The notes below the pieces were generated by a model, which searched no databases, was not told the origin of the DNA, and saw nothing but the letters and a program-made list of their open reading frames with translations. A program made the position numbers and the translations under genes. From a virus (taxonomy: Duplodnaviria > Caudoviricetes): a stretch of DNA of 50,991 bases. The stretch lies in the IMG/VR virus record IMGVR_UViG_3300017971_000079, positions 1-50,991 of that record; one strand, 5' to 3'. This document shows positions 8,276 to 17,063 of the stretch, piece after piece. Positions within the stretch are counted from its first letter, which is position 1. Each line of letters starts with the position of its first letter.

Positions 8276-10780
8276 GTGAGAAGCTTGGGCTTCACCTACT
8301 ACGTCACCGTGCATACCAATGAAGGCGAGTTGGTTACTCGTTCATGGTCGACTTGGATTGAAGTTTTAATCAAACATCAAATACGAAAAGACAAGGACGG
8401 TCCCGCGCTTGTTTTTGGTTTCATACCCTCTCATCTACCCAGGTCTAAGCGCAACACCCGGCACGCGAACGCTCTTGTACTTGACCTCGACAATGTTTCC
8501 GAGGAGATGCTAGGCGAAGTGCTCGAGCGCTTGGCTCCTTATGAGTTCGTGGCTCACTCGACACACTCGCACTTCGAGGCGGTTCAAAAAGGGCTTTGGA
8601 AACTTCGCATCATTGCCCCGCTGGCGGAGCCCGTCGCGCAAACGGACTTCCCGAAGGTCTGGAAGGCGTGGAACGAATTCACGTTACATTCGACCGACCC
8701 GGCGACTAAAGATATTTCCCGCCTCTACTACCTCCCTTCTTCTCCCGACCCTTCCGCCGTCGTCTACCTCCACAACAAAGGCGAATGGTTGCATGCGGAG
8801 AAGCATCTGCCTCTCGAAGCCACTATCCATTCTCTCGCCGATTCCGCGATGTCGGACCTGGAAGGTATTCGACGCGCGCTCAAACGCGCCGAGGGCGTCG
8901 AAGAAAAAGACCGTGAGACACTTCGAGCTCTTGCGGAAGGCCGGCCCTTCGCCGAACCCGACAGCGGAGAACGTCACGTCAATATGCGTACGTTGACATG
9001 GTGGCTCGCACGCCGCGACTCGATGCTGTCCCGCTTGGACGTAGAGGGGCTCTTCCGCGCGTCCTTGACGGCGATGCAAGAACAGTCGCCGGATGCGCCC
9101 ACGATGGACGCCACCTGGTCCGCCTACGAAACCGCCGTCGAAAAGCTCGCCGAAACCAGACACCAAAAAGCACTCAAGGCTCAACGAGAAAATACCGAAG
9201 GCCCCTACTCCCACGAAGATATGCTCCGCATCGCGGAGAAGCAGTGCTGGAAACCCGAGGAGCTCGCGAGGCGCTGGGTGGTACAAAAAGACGGTGCCGC
9301 GTGGTTCCTCGACCACAACGGAGAATACCAAGGTCCGTTCGGACGCGACGACCACCTCATGGCGTGCCTACGGTTTCTCCCACGCACCGAGGCGAGGCTG
9401 GTCGAGATAACAAAAAACGGAGTTCGCAACCGACCGCCGGCGACCGTGATAGCGGAAGTCGGAAGCCTCGCTCAAAAAACGGTCTGTGACTTGTCCGCGC
9501 AGTTTACGCGCTACGACCCGGAGACGAGCACCTTGTACGAGGCCGTGTCCCCGATACGGCGAGACCTCGTACCGACGTATCACGACACAGTGGACGATTG
9601 GCTACGCGCGATAGGCGGAAAGCACTACGAGAAATTGTGCGACTGGCTCGCGGTAGCTCCCGACCTCGACCAGATGCTTTGCGCGATTTACTTCGACGGG
9701 CCAAAGGGTGCGGGCAAATCGATGTTTGCTCACGGTGTTGCGGCGCTTTGGTCGGAGACGGCGACTCCCGGTGACATCGAGCTCTTTCTCGGTGCGTTCA
9801 ACGATACGGTTGCGATGTGCCCCCTTGTGTTCGCTGATGAGGACATGCCGAAGCATCAGACCAGGGACGTAACCGCGAAGTTGAGAGAGGAGCTCGCGAC
9901 GACCTCGAGAATTCTCAAGAGAAAATTTTTGAAACCGTCGGAGATGCGGGGCGCGATTCGGCTCTGTCTTGCGGCGAACAATGAGCTCTTGATTGCCGTG
10001 AAGAAAGCGATGACTCCCAACGACCTTGACGCCTTCGCAGAACGGTTTTTGTACATCCGCATTCCCGACAGCGCTCAGGATTATTTTTCGGAGACGGGAA
10101 GGGAGGACATCCGCAACATGCTCACTCGGGGGATAGCTGAGCATGCCCTACACCTACAAGCGACTCGCAAGATACAGAACTCCGGGAGCCGGTTCGCCGT
10201 CGGCGGCGACGTGCAAGAAATTCACCAGTTGTTTCTGACGAGCGGGCACTGGAACGGTTTGGTTTGCGAGTGGTTGGTCAAGTACCTCATGAACCCGTTG
10301 GCATACAATAACGAGAGCAACAATGCGGGTCTCGTGAGGTGTCTCTCTGACGAGGGAATGTTACTTGCGAACCCGCAAGGGCTCTCCGACAACTGGACCG
10401 CGTACATCAAAAGCGGTGTCCCGCCGTCAACTCCCGAGATTGCGACGGCGCTTCGGTCGCTGTCGGTGCCCGTGCGCGCGCAAGACGGCAGCGAGAAGCA
10501 GCAGGTGCAAAGACGCTGGCAAGGGCGCCATCACCGATACTCGGTGGTCAATATCAATGCGCTGCTCGCGTGGAGCCGTCGCAGTAATATCGGCGACCCG
10601 GCGAGCATGCTGTTCGCGCTCGGTGTCGAGGCGACGGAAGCGCAGCTCGGTCTCGGTGATGGCGACGTGCATGAGGACGGAGATGCGCCCGACAACGTGA
10701 CATTGATGCGGAGGCGCGCGCCCTCGCGCGTGCGCGAAGACGGCGGGTTAGACTACGGAGACAAGGAGGAAGAGAGATGA
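8276..10780 (+). CDS. Primase-helicase (AEP/PrimPol-type N-terminus, SF3-type NTPase)
   Basis: LDLD, HSTHSH, KLRIIAPL, DISRLYYLP primase motifs; Walker A GPKGAGKS, VFADE, AANN. Confidence 0.88.
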   Translation: MRSLGFTYYVTVHTNEGELVTRSWSTWIEVLIKHQIRKDKDGPALVFGFIPSHLPRSKRNTRHANALVLDLDNVSEEMLGEVLERLAPYEFVAHSTHSHFEAVQKGLWKLRIIAPLAEPVAQTDFPKVWKAWNEFTLHSTDPATKDISRLYYLPSSPDPSAVVYLHNKGEWLHAEKHLPLEATIHSLADSAMSDLEGIRRALKRAEGVEEKDRETLRALAEGRPFAEPDSGERHVNMRTLTWWLARRDSMLSRLDVEGLFRASLTAMQEQSPDAPTMDATWSAYETAVEKLAETRHQKALKAQRENTEGPYSHEDMLRIAEKQCWKPEELARRWVVQKDGAAWFLDHNGEYQGPFGRDDHLMACLRFLPRTEARLVEITKNGVRNRPPATVIAEVGSLAQKTVCDLSAQFTRYDPETSTLYEAVSPIRRDLVPTYHDTVDDWLRAIGGKHYEKLCDWLAVAPDLDQMLCAIYFDGPKGAGKSMFAHGVAALWSETATPGDIELFLGAFNDTVAMCPLVFADEDMPKHQTRDVTAKLREELATTSRILKRKFLKPSEMRGAIRLCLAANNELLIAVKKAMTPNDLDAFAERFLYIRIPDSAQDYFSETGREDIRNMLTRGIAEHALHLQATRKIQNSGSRFAVGGDVQEIHQLFLTSGHWNGLVCEWLVKYLMNPLAYNNESNNAGLVRCLSDEGMLLANPQGLSDNWTAYIKSGVPPSTPEIATALRSLSVPVRAQDGSEKQQVQRRWQGRHHRYSVVNINALLAWSRRSNIGDPASMLFALGVEATEAQLGLGDGDVHEDGDAPDNVTLMRRRAPSRVREDGGLDYGDKEEER

Positions 10781-11529
10781 GCTCATTTTCTCAGGCAGTT
10801 TGGAAGAGCGCGGGCTGTCCCACAGCTCCCGGCCGCGAACCGACTTCTGCCGCTGGAGCATGTGCGGTTTGCGGGGAAACGTGTGACGGAGGCTTGGTCC
10901 CCCGCAAGATCGCGCTGCCCGCGAGCTTCGCCAACTACGACATGTTGCGAGGGCCTTCGTCGGCGGGGGTCTGTGTCGCCTGCGCGTGGGCGATGGCGGG
11001 ACGTCCGCCCGACGGCTTGCGCATGTGGACGGTTGTAGCAGGCAAGGGGGCCGGAGAATGGAGCCGCGAGTACGTTGTCGGCCCGCAGCTCGGGCAAGAC
11101 GCCGTCGCTATTCACGGCAGCGACCACTCCCAGGTATTGCGGATGTTGCTCGACCCACCCGACGCTGAGTGGGGAGTTGCGCTTGCAGACAGCGGCAAGC
11201 TCCATGTCGTTCCGTGGGGTCGGTTGAACGCGACACAAGCACAGTGGACGGTTCGGCTCGAAGCGCTGGATGTCGTGGCGGAGGCCGGAAGATTTCGAGA
11301 GGTAGTGAGAGCCGCGGCGAAGTTACTGGCTGCGGGTTTTCTGCGGTCGCACATTGCGGAGTGCGATACCAGCCCTGCGTTGCTCAATAAGTGTGGGGCC
11401 GCGGTGTGGCGAGAGAACATCGAGACAATGAAAAAGTACGGCCGGGGGGGAGCAGGAAGACTGGCGTTGTTCTTACTCGGTCAATCGGCAAGGAAAAAAA
11501 CAAAGGAGGTCTGGAATGAGTGGTGTTGA
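10777..11529 (+). CDS. csf1: Type IV CRISPR-associated large subunit, Csf1 (Cas8-like)
   Basis: CAVCG...CVACAW zinc motifs, LLDPP, SGKLH; first gene of a coupled csf cluster. Confidence 0.72.
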   Translation: MSSFSQAVWKSAGCPTAPGREPTSAAGACAVCGETCDGGLVPRKIALPASFANYDMLRGPSSAGVCVACAWAMAGRPPDGLRMWTVVAGKGAGEWSREYVVGPQLGQDAVAIHGSDHSQVLRMLLDPPDAEWGVALADSGKLHVVPWGRLNATQAQWTVRLEALDVVAEAGRFREVVRAAAKLLAAGFLRSHIAECDTSPALLNKCGAAVWRENIETMKKYGRGGAGRLALFLLGQSARKKTKEVWNEWC

Positions 11530-11887
11530 GAACGACGCTGCTATCACCGACGTTGCGGTGGAATTCGCGGCGGAAATCATGGGAGCGGTCAACAAGGACG
11601 TGGTGAAGCCGCGGGACTGGTGGTCGAGATGCCGAGCTGCGCTCGAAGCGGCGGCGTCGGCGTCCGAGACGTGGGCGCAGTTCGTTTCGAGGTTCGGACA
11701 GAAGATGCAGATAGAGAGCATTCCCTCCGAGATCGCGACAGACGTGGCATTGCTCGAAGCGCATCTGATAGAAAACAAATGGTGGCCGCGGTTCCGCTAT
11801 CTCGTGCAACGAGATGCGTTGTACATCTCCGCGATGGCCCAAGTCCGGCGCAAAGAGCGCTTCGGGAAAAAAGCGAAGGGAGAGTGA
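11516..11887 (+). CDS. cas11: Small helical subunit (Cas11-like) of type IV-B
   Basis: 123-aa helical-looking protein between csf1 and csf2, the usual IV-B position. Confidence 0.6.
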   Translation: MSGVENDAAITDVAVEFAAEIMGAVNKDVVKPRDWWSRCRAALEAAASASETWAQFVSRFGQKMQIESIPSEIATDVALLEAHLIENKWWPRFRYLVQRDALYISAMAQVRRKERFGKKAKGE

Positions 11888-11888
11888 C

Positions 11889-12746
11889 ATGGAATTTTCA
11901 ACGATAGAAGTACGAGCTAAAGCTCTCGACCCGATTCATCATGGCGCGGGCACGGCCGGGAACACGTCGCTTCTCAGGGTGCAAGAGGTGTTGTTGCCGG
12001 ATGGTGAAATGGCGAGGGTTCCGTTTGTCAGCGGAAACTCAATCAAGCATCGGCTACGAGAGGCGATGGTCCACCACGCTGTCAACGTGCTGGATGTGCC
12101 GGATCACTCGATTTCGACAGCAGTAGTCAACCTGCTCTATTCGGGTGGCGCGTTGACGGCGACAGGGGCGAACGTAGATCTGGCGCTCCATCGGGAATTT
12201 CAGCGGCTTTGGCCCGCTCTCGGGTTGTGCGGCTACGCGGCTGGCAACACGATGGTCCAGAGCAAGCTTGCGGTGTCGCACTGGCATCTGGTCTGCTCCG
12301 AGAACTTCTGGCGTCTGCCGACCGACCTTGCGGCGCACAAGATGTCCGAGATGAGCGCGGCGGCGTTGAGGAGCAGCGATTTCGGTACGCGAATGTCTGC
12401 GGCGACGCGTGCGGGAGTGCGAGGGAAGATCGTCGAAGGTGAAGAGCCTGGGGAGTCGGGACAGATGATTTACGACTTCGAAACCATCTCGGCGGGGGCG
12501 CTGCTCTACGGGTCGATTCGCATCACGAACGCGACCGAGATGGAGCGCGCGGCGCTGGCGGCGGGTATCGCGACGTTGCAGGCGAAAGAAAAACACGTCT
12601 GGCAGATAGCGGCAAAGACGAGTGTAGGGTTCGGGCGCTGTCGTGTGAAGCTGCGAGGGTTGCCGGTCGCGGACGTGGAAAATTACGAAGAGCATTTGCG
12701 GGCGAATCGGGACGCGGCGTTGGCAATTCTCGACAAGGTGATGTGA
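11889..12746 (+). CDS. csf2: Type IV backbone subunit Csf2 (Cas7 family)
   Basis: PIHHG, VPFVSGNSIKHRLR, LLYSGG, QMIYDFETISAGA, C-terminal G-loop AKTSVGFGR. Confidence 0.85.
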   Translation: MEFSTIEVRAKALDPIHHGAGTAGNTSLLRVQEVLLPDGEMARVPFVSGNSIKHRLREAMVHHAVNVLDVPDHSISTAVVNLLYSGGALTATGANVDLALHREFQRLWPALGLCGYAAGNTMVQSKLAVSHWHLVCSENFWRLPTDLAAHKMSEMSAAALRSSDFGTRMSAATRAGVRGKIVEGEEPGESGQMIYDFETISAGALLYGSIRITNATEMERAALAAGIATLQAKEKHVWQIAAKTSVGFGRCRVKLRGLPVADVENYEEHLRANRDAALAILDKVM

Positions 12747-13414
12747 TGGATGTCTTCGAGGTTGTCGCGACGATGGAGGAGCCCGTGTGTGTCGTCAATC
12801 CGGTAGTGCATCTCGATGGCGTGCTGGCGTTCGGGGCGTACTTGCAACTGGACGAGGAACGCAGGAGGGCGCTGCCTCCGATATCGTCGGAGTGGGCGGA
12901 AGATTTCGAGCTGCCGTTGGCGCGGTGGGAGCAGGAGGCGCGCGTACCGGAGCCGTTCGACGAGCGGTTATGTTCGCGGCCGGGGGTGGTGTGGGGGTGG
13001 AAGTGCTCGGCGGCGCGATTCGAGCAGGCGCTAGAGGGCGTCCACGAGGTGCGGAAGAAACCGGCACAAGCGGAGATGCTCAGGTATGCGGATGCAAAAA
13101 AGCTGAAGACCGGTGCGGGACCGGTGCGAGCGAGAGACCGGAAGTTCCCGACGGTGTTTGCAAGGGAGATTCGGTGGTGTGTCGAGGGAGACGCAGAGCG
13201 GGTGTTGGCGCTGGCTCGGGGTGTACCTGGTATCGGAAAACTCGTCGGTCATGGGATGGGACGCGTGGCGAGTTGGCGTGCGGAGGAAGCGAGAGAAGAT
13301 TGGAGCATGTGGAGGACGTTGCCGGATGCGGAGTCGCCGTTGTTGTACGGAATCAGGGCACCGTATCATCATCCGTCGCGGCAAGTGTTCGCGAAAGAGC
13401 CTGAGGGGCTTTGA
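12746..13414 (+). CDS. csf3: Type IV Csf3 (Cas5 family)
   Basis: HLDGVLA, LPL, WKCS, G-loop IGKLVGHGMGRV..W, RAPYHH. Confidence 0.82.
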   Translation: MDVFEVVATMEEPVCVVNPVVHLDGVLAFGAYLQLDEERRRALPPISSEWAEDFELPLARWEQEARVPEPFDERLCSRPGVVWGWKCSAARFEQALEGVHEVRKKPAQAEMLRYADAKKLKTGAGPVRARDRKFPTVFAREIRWCVEGDAERVLALARGVPGIGKLVGHGMGRVASWRAEEAREDWSMWRTLPDAESPLLYGIRAPYHHPSRQVFAKEPEGL

Positions 13415-14643
13415 TGCGTGCATGCTTCGTTGAGGCGTGTGACGATAAAGATGCCGGATCTATCGGCGCGTATTACGTAGCGACGCATGCGAGGCGCGCT
13501 GGGCACCAGATCGATTTCAGCCGTACAACACAAAACGGGTACGATGTCGAATTGATTTCCGTGCATCATTGTATGGACTTTCTGCGATTAGCGCACCTGC
13601 CGAAGCGAGCGCCTTTGCGGATAGTGGGAGGCCACGCGATGCTGTCAAACCCGCGCCCGGTAATTCCGTTTGCCGATATCGTTTTTCGTGGCGAAGCTGA
13701 AAGCTGGATAGGCGGTGCGCTTGATGCCCTGGACGGTGAAAAAGATGCTGCGTGTTTGCAGGGGGTGCCGGGGGTTATCGTGACTAAAAATTGGATTAAG
13801 GGGGCTCATCTGCCGGACGTTGTTTTTGAAAGACCGTTGCCTTCAAATCCGCCCTATCTGAATTGGGCGGGGACGAAATCGGCGGCATGGTACTTGGAAA
13901 TAGCGAGGGGGTGCCCCTTTCGTTGTGCGTTTTGTGAGCTAGGCAACAGCACCCCCTTTCGCATTTATCCCAAAGAACACGTTTTCGAAGCGCTTAAAGG
14001 ATTAGACACAACCCTTGCACGTAAGATCAACTTGTTCGCGCCGGACGAAACTAGTCACCCTGCTTACACGGAGATATACGAGCACCTGGAACGAAAAGGG
14101 TATAGTGCCGCGTTTTCGTCGATGCGTATCGAATCCGTCATGAAGCGCCATCCGAAGCTCAAACCTAATGTACTAATTCGCGTGGGCATCGATGGGCTTT
14201 CAGAACGTGTGCGCACGGAAGTCAACAAGCCCATTACGGATGATCAGATAGTAGAGTACTTCAAAGAGTGGACCGAGAGAGGCCATGTCAATTTCAAAAC
14301 TTTTTTTATCTTTAGTTATCCTGGGGAAACCGAAGCTGATTTCCGAGGCTTCGAGATTTTGATGCGGAGAGTTTTCCAAATCCGATTGCGGAAAAACTGT
14401 TCGTTGCGGATCAAATGGACTCCATTTATCCCGCAACCATGCACGCCCCTTGGCTCCAGCCTGCCGCGCTACAATCGAGACATTGCCGCGCGTATCCGCA
14501 GGTGGCATGCGTTGCACAAGGAGCCCGTGCGCACCCCGGGATGGTGGGTGACATGTGACGGGATGATGTCTGAGAAAGCGCACGCGCTTCAGTGCCGATT
14601 GACGCATGGCGATGAGGAGACGCTGATAGATGCGCGTCCATAA
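13414..14643 (+). CDS. Radical SAM protein with probable cobalamin-binding-like N-terminal domain
   Basis: EIARGCPFRCAFC (CxxxCxxC), IVGGH, GEAE, FIPQPCTP; TGATG-coupled to csf3. Confidence 0.85.
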   Translation: MRACFVEACDDKDAGSIGAYYVATHARRAGHQIDFSRTTQNGYDVELISVHHCMDFLRLAHLPKRAPLRIVGGHAMLSNPRPVIPFADIVFRGEAESWIGGALDALDGEKDAACLQGVPGVIVTKNWIKGAHLPDVVFERPLPSNPPYLNWAGTKSAAWYLEIARGCPFRCAFCELGNSTPFRIYPKEHVFEALKGLDTTLARKINLFAPDETSHPAYTEIYEHLERKGYSAAFSSMRIESVMKRHPKLKPNVLIRVGIDGLSERVRTEVNKPITDDQIVEYFKEWTERGHVNFKTFFIFSYPGETEADFRGFEILMRRVFQIRLRKNCSLRIKWTPFIPQPCTPLGSSLPRYNRDIAARIRRWHALHKEPVRTPGWWVTCDGMMSEKAHALQCRLTHGDEETLIDARP

Positions 14644-14783
14644 CTATCCGCAGGAGGCGCTGACGACTGCCGCGCTCAGCGATTGCCTGGCGGTGCGACG
14701 TCTACGCTGGCTCGTGCGTGTGATGCACACCGAGGACCGACGCGTACTGTTTCTCGGAGCGGCGTCGCGGTTGCGGAGGAGAG

Positions 14784-15047
14784 ATGAACTACGGAGATAC
14801 CACGACATCTGCGGAGAGTTACGGGCGGTCATCGATAGAGCGAGCACTCCGAGCGGCGTGGCGGCTGGTCGAGGCGCGGAGGCCGCTGCTGCTCCACGGC
14901 GAGCTGCTGCCGGGGGTGCCACGTCGGACGGTGGACAGGACGGTGGGTCGGCTGCTCCGGGCGGGGTGGCCGGTGGAGGTGAGCTACGACGACGAGGGCA
15001 GAGCGTGGGTATCGCTGGGCCGTGGTTTGTGGCGCCGCATGCGGTGA
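14784..15047 (+). CDS. Hypothetical protein, possible winged HTH
   Basis: Strong GGAGG RBS; VPRRTVDRTVGRLLRAGWPV resembles a wHTH. Confidence 0.45.
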   Translation: MNYGDTTTSAESYGRSSIERALRAAWRLVEARRPLLLHGELLPGVPRRTVDRTVGRLLRAGWPVEVSYDDEGRAWVSLGRGLWRRMR

Positions 15048-15277
15048 GGCAATACCAGGTGAGAGCGAGGAGACGGTACGGCTACGAGCGGGCATTAGGC
15101 GAGCTCGTGGCGATTGCACGGAGGGCGAGGAGGGTGAAGCCCCTGCCCACAGGTGCCGTGCTGTATCGGACGGGACGGCCGGATAGGTGGAGACTCGTAG
15201 TCAGGGAGGACGGTCCCGGCCTGCCTCAGCTCGTCACCGTACTCAGAGGACACGACAGCGCAAAATCTGCGGGGTAG
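15005..15277 (+). CDS. Hypothetical protein (C-terminal part of the 14630-15277 frame), possible RelE-like fold
   Basis: FVAPHAVRQY...RLVV...LVTVL pattern; start uncertain. Confidence 0.4.
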   Translation: MGIAGPWFVAPHAVRQYQVRARRRYGYERALGELVAIARRARRVKPLPTGAVLYRTGRPDRWRLVVREDGPGLPQLVTVLRGHDSAKSAG

Positions 15278-15278
15278 T

Positions 15279-15294
15279 ATGACATTGGTGTCAT
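15279..15294. promoter_or_regulatory. Palindrome ATGACA-N4-TGTCAT, candidate enhancer-binding-protein site
   Basis: Perfect 6-bp inverted repeat ~145 bp upstream of the sigma54-type motif, with an AT-rich spacer. Confidence 0.45.
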
Positions 15295-15437
15295 GTTGCT
15301 ACAAAAGTACGATATTGTTATTGTTTCCGAGGCGTGCTAGTAGATAGCTAGTGATTCTAGGGATTTGCTATGAAATTTTTACGGGGCAGGGTTCGGAAGG
15401 TGCCGCGAAATCATTGAGAATTCCGGTCGTAGCAGGC

Positions 15438-15453
15438 TGGCACGGACGTTGCA
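15438..15453 (+). promoter_or_regulatory. Sigma54 (-24/-12) promoter
   Basis: TGGCACG-GACG-TTGCA matches TGGCACG-N4-TTGCW; intergenic; predicted +1 near the ATG at 15466. Confidence 0.75.
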
Positions 15454-15465
15454 TTGTTATAGGGC

Positions 15466-15876
15466 ATGGCACGCGGACAAAAAGAGAAGGACTGGCAAGG
15501 AATGAATTGGATTCGCCAGTCCTCCCGCCTGGCCGTCTATCTCCGCGACGGCCTGGCGTGCGCCTATTGCGGCGCCGCGGTCGAGGACGGGGCTACCCTG
15601 AGCCTCGACCACCTTGTTCCCCGGTCCCGCGGGGGGAACCATCGGGTCACCAATCTGGTGACCTGCTGCAAGCGATGCAACAGCTCACGCGGCAATCGCA
15701 GCGTGAGGGCGTTTTGCCGCGCCGTGGCCGAGTACCTCGGCCACGGAATCGTGGCGGGGGAAATAGAGCGCCACGTACGCGCATGTGCGCGGCGCTCGAT
15801 GACGGCACCGCGCCGCGAGGCGCGGGAACTGATTGCCCGCCGGGGCTCGGTGGCCCGGGTACTGGCGGCGATGTAA
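15466..15876 (+). CDS. HNH endonuclease
   Basis: CAYCG..LDHLVPRSRGG..NLVTCCKRCN. Confidence 0.92.
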   Translation: MARGQKEKDWQGMNWIRQSSRLAVYLRDGLACAYCGAAVEDGATLSLDHLVPRSRGGNHRVTNLVTCCKRCNSSRGNRSVRAFCRAVAEYLGHGIVAGEIERHVRACARRSMTAPRREARELIARRGSVARVLAAM

Positions 15877-15907
15877 CAACGGGGCGGCCGACCCCGACCC
15901 CGACCAC

Positions 15908-15969
15908 TGGCCGAAACGGGGCTCCAGCCCCGTCGCCGCAGGGTGCCGCCTGCGGCCTGATGAGGCAGG
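15908..15969 (+). ncRNA. Hammerhead ribozyme (type II permutation)
   Basis: GAAA 15913-16; stem III ACGGGGC/GCCCCGT; GTC 15932-34; stem I GCCGCAGG/CCTGCGGC; CTGATGA 15957-63; open stem II GCC/GGC. Confidence 0.85.
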
Positions 15970-15987
15970 CAAAAAAAGGAGGACAAA

Positions 15988-16203
15988 ATGAAGGCACACG
16001 ACGTGGGAATCATTTGGGACGGAACAAACGAGGGGTGGTATCTGAGATACTCCACGGACGAGCAGAATGCTCTAGACTCCTCGATGCACATGCCTGACGA
16101 CGCACACCTGAGCGATGGCGAGCTGTACGCGGCCGCGCTCACGGAGGCGTGCTACTGCGGCATTGAGTTGCCGACCATCGAGGACATCAGCATCGAGCGA
16201 TAA
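15988..16203 (+). CDS. Hypothetical acidic protein
   Basis: AGGAGG RBS, 71 aa. Confidence 0.7.
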   Translation: MKAHDVGIIWDGTNEGWYLRYSTDEQNALDSSMHMPDDAHLSDGELYAAALTEACYCGIELPTIEDISIER

Positions 16204-16246
16204 CCCCGACCGGTTTGCGCGGGTTCGACTCCCGCGCGGGGTCCCA
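16203..16246 (+). ncRNA. tRNA-like minihelix (acceptor stem, T-arm, CCA)
   Basis: ACCCCG/CGGGGT stacked on CGCGGG-TTCGACT-CCCGCG, then C-CCA; intergenic. Confidence 0.65.
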
Positions 16247-16267
16247 AGGCAAACAACGGAGGCAAAA

Positions 16268-16867
16268 ATGTGCAACCCAGCAACATTCCTGATTACGCGG
16301 TCCCGTGTGTTGTGGTCTGTTGACCACGACTCGCACGAAGAACTCATTCGAGAGGCCGGGCTCAGCGACGGCCTGCGCGGCGGAGATTTCGTGCGGGCCG
16401 AGATTTCCCCGCCCGACAACGACTACTCGCTACCGCTGGGGCAGTGGGTGTATCGCACAGACCAGGACACCGTGCCCGACTGGTACGACGAGCGCGAGGC
16501 CGAGATCGCGGCCTGCGCCGAGCTGCCCGCATGGGCAGAGCACCATCTCGTCCGCGATGGCCAGGTCGAGGTGCGCGACGGGCAGAGCCGCGTGCTGCTC
16601 GGTGATGCGCGCGCCGAAGTTCACGGCGGCGTGGTGCGGTGCCACGGCGAGTCCCGCGCCGAGGTGCACGGCGGCTGGGTGGGCTGCTTCGGCCAATCCC
16701 GCGCCGAGGTGCACGGCGGCGAGGTGCGGTGCCACGGCGAGTCCCGCGCCGAGGTGCACGGCGGCGTGGTGGAGTGCTACGGCGAGTCCCACGCCGAGGT
16801 GCACGGCGGCGTGGTGCGGTGCGACGATCAGGCGACAATGGATGACAGGAGGCCCCCCAATGTGTAA
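16268..16867 (+). CDS. Hypothetical protein with C-terminal 15-aa tandem repeats (beta-helix-like)
   Basis: GGAGG RBS before ATG 16268; five AEVHGGxVxC-containing units. Confidence 0.75.
   Translation: MCNPATFLITRSRVLWSVDHDSHEELIREAGLSDGLRGGDFVRAEISPPDNDYSLPLGQWVYRTDQDTVPDWYDEREAEIAACAELPAWAEHHLVRDGQVEVRDGQSRVLLGDARAEVHGGVVRCHGESRAEVHGGWVGCFGQSRAEVHGGEVRCHGESRAEVHGGVVECYGESHAEVHGGVVRCDDQATMDDRRPPNV
16610..16825 (+). repeat. 45-nt coding tandem repeat, about 5 copies
   Basis: Recurrent gccgaggtgcacggcggc at 45-nt spacing. Confidence 0.9.
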
Positions 16868-17063
16868 CGAGGAATTCAACGCGGATTTGCGGGCCTGGAT
16901 GGCCCGCTACAAGGTGCCCGCGCAGGAGCTCGCGAGGCACCTCGGCATGAGCAGGTACACGCTGCACCGGCGGATGACCGGGGCGAGCGAGTGGCGCGAA
17001 CTGGAGCGCCGCGAGATTGCGCGCCTGCGGGCGGCGACGGAAACGTGTCGGAGAGTGCCGTGA
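16860..17063 (+). CDS. Small Cro/XRE-like HTH protein
   Basis: QELARHLGMSRYTLHRRMTG; AGGAGG RBS. Confidence 0.75.
   Translation: MCNEEFNADLRAWMARYKVPAQELARHLGMSRYTLHRRMTGASEWRELERREIARLRAATETCRRVP

Noticed and set aside
9834-9842. Other CTGATGA hammerhead-core matches (also ~22944 and ~26525)
   Set aside because: Inside coding sequence, and I saw no matching GAAA/NUH stem arrangement.
16610-16825. CRISPR array for the type IV module
   Set aside because: 45-nt in-frame coding repeats without unique spacers.
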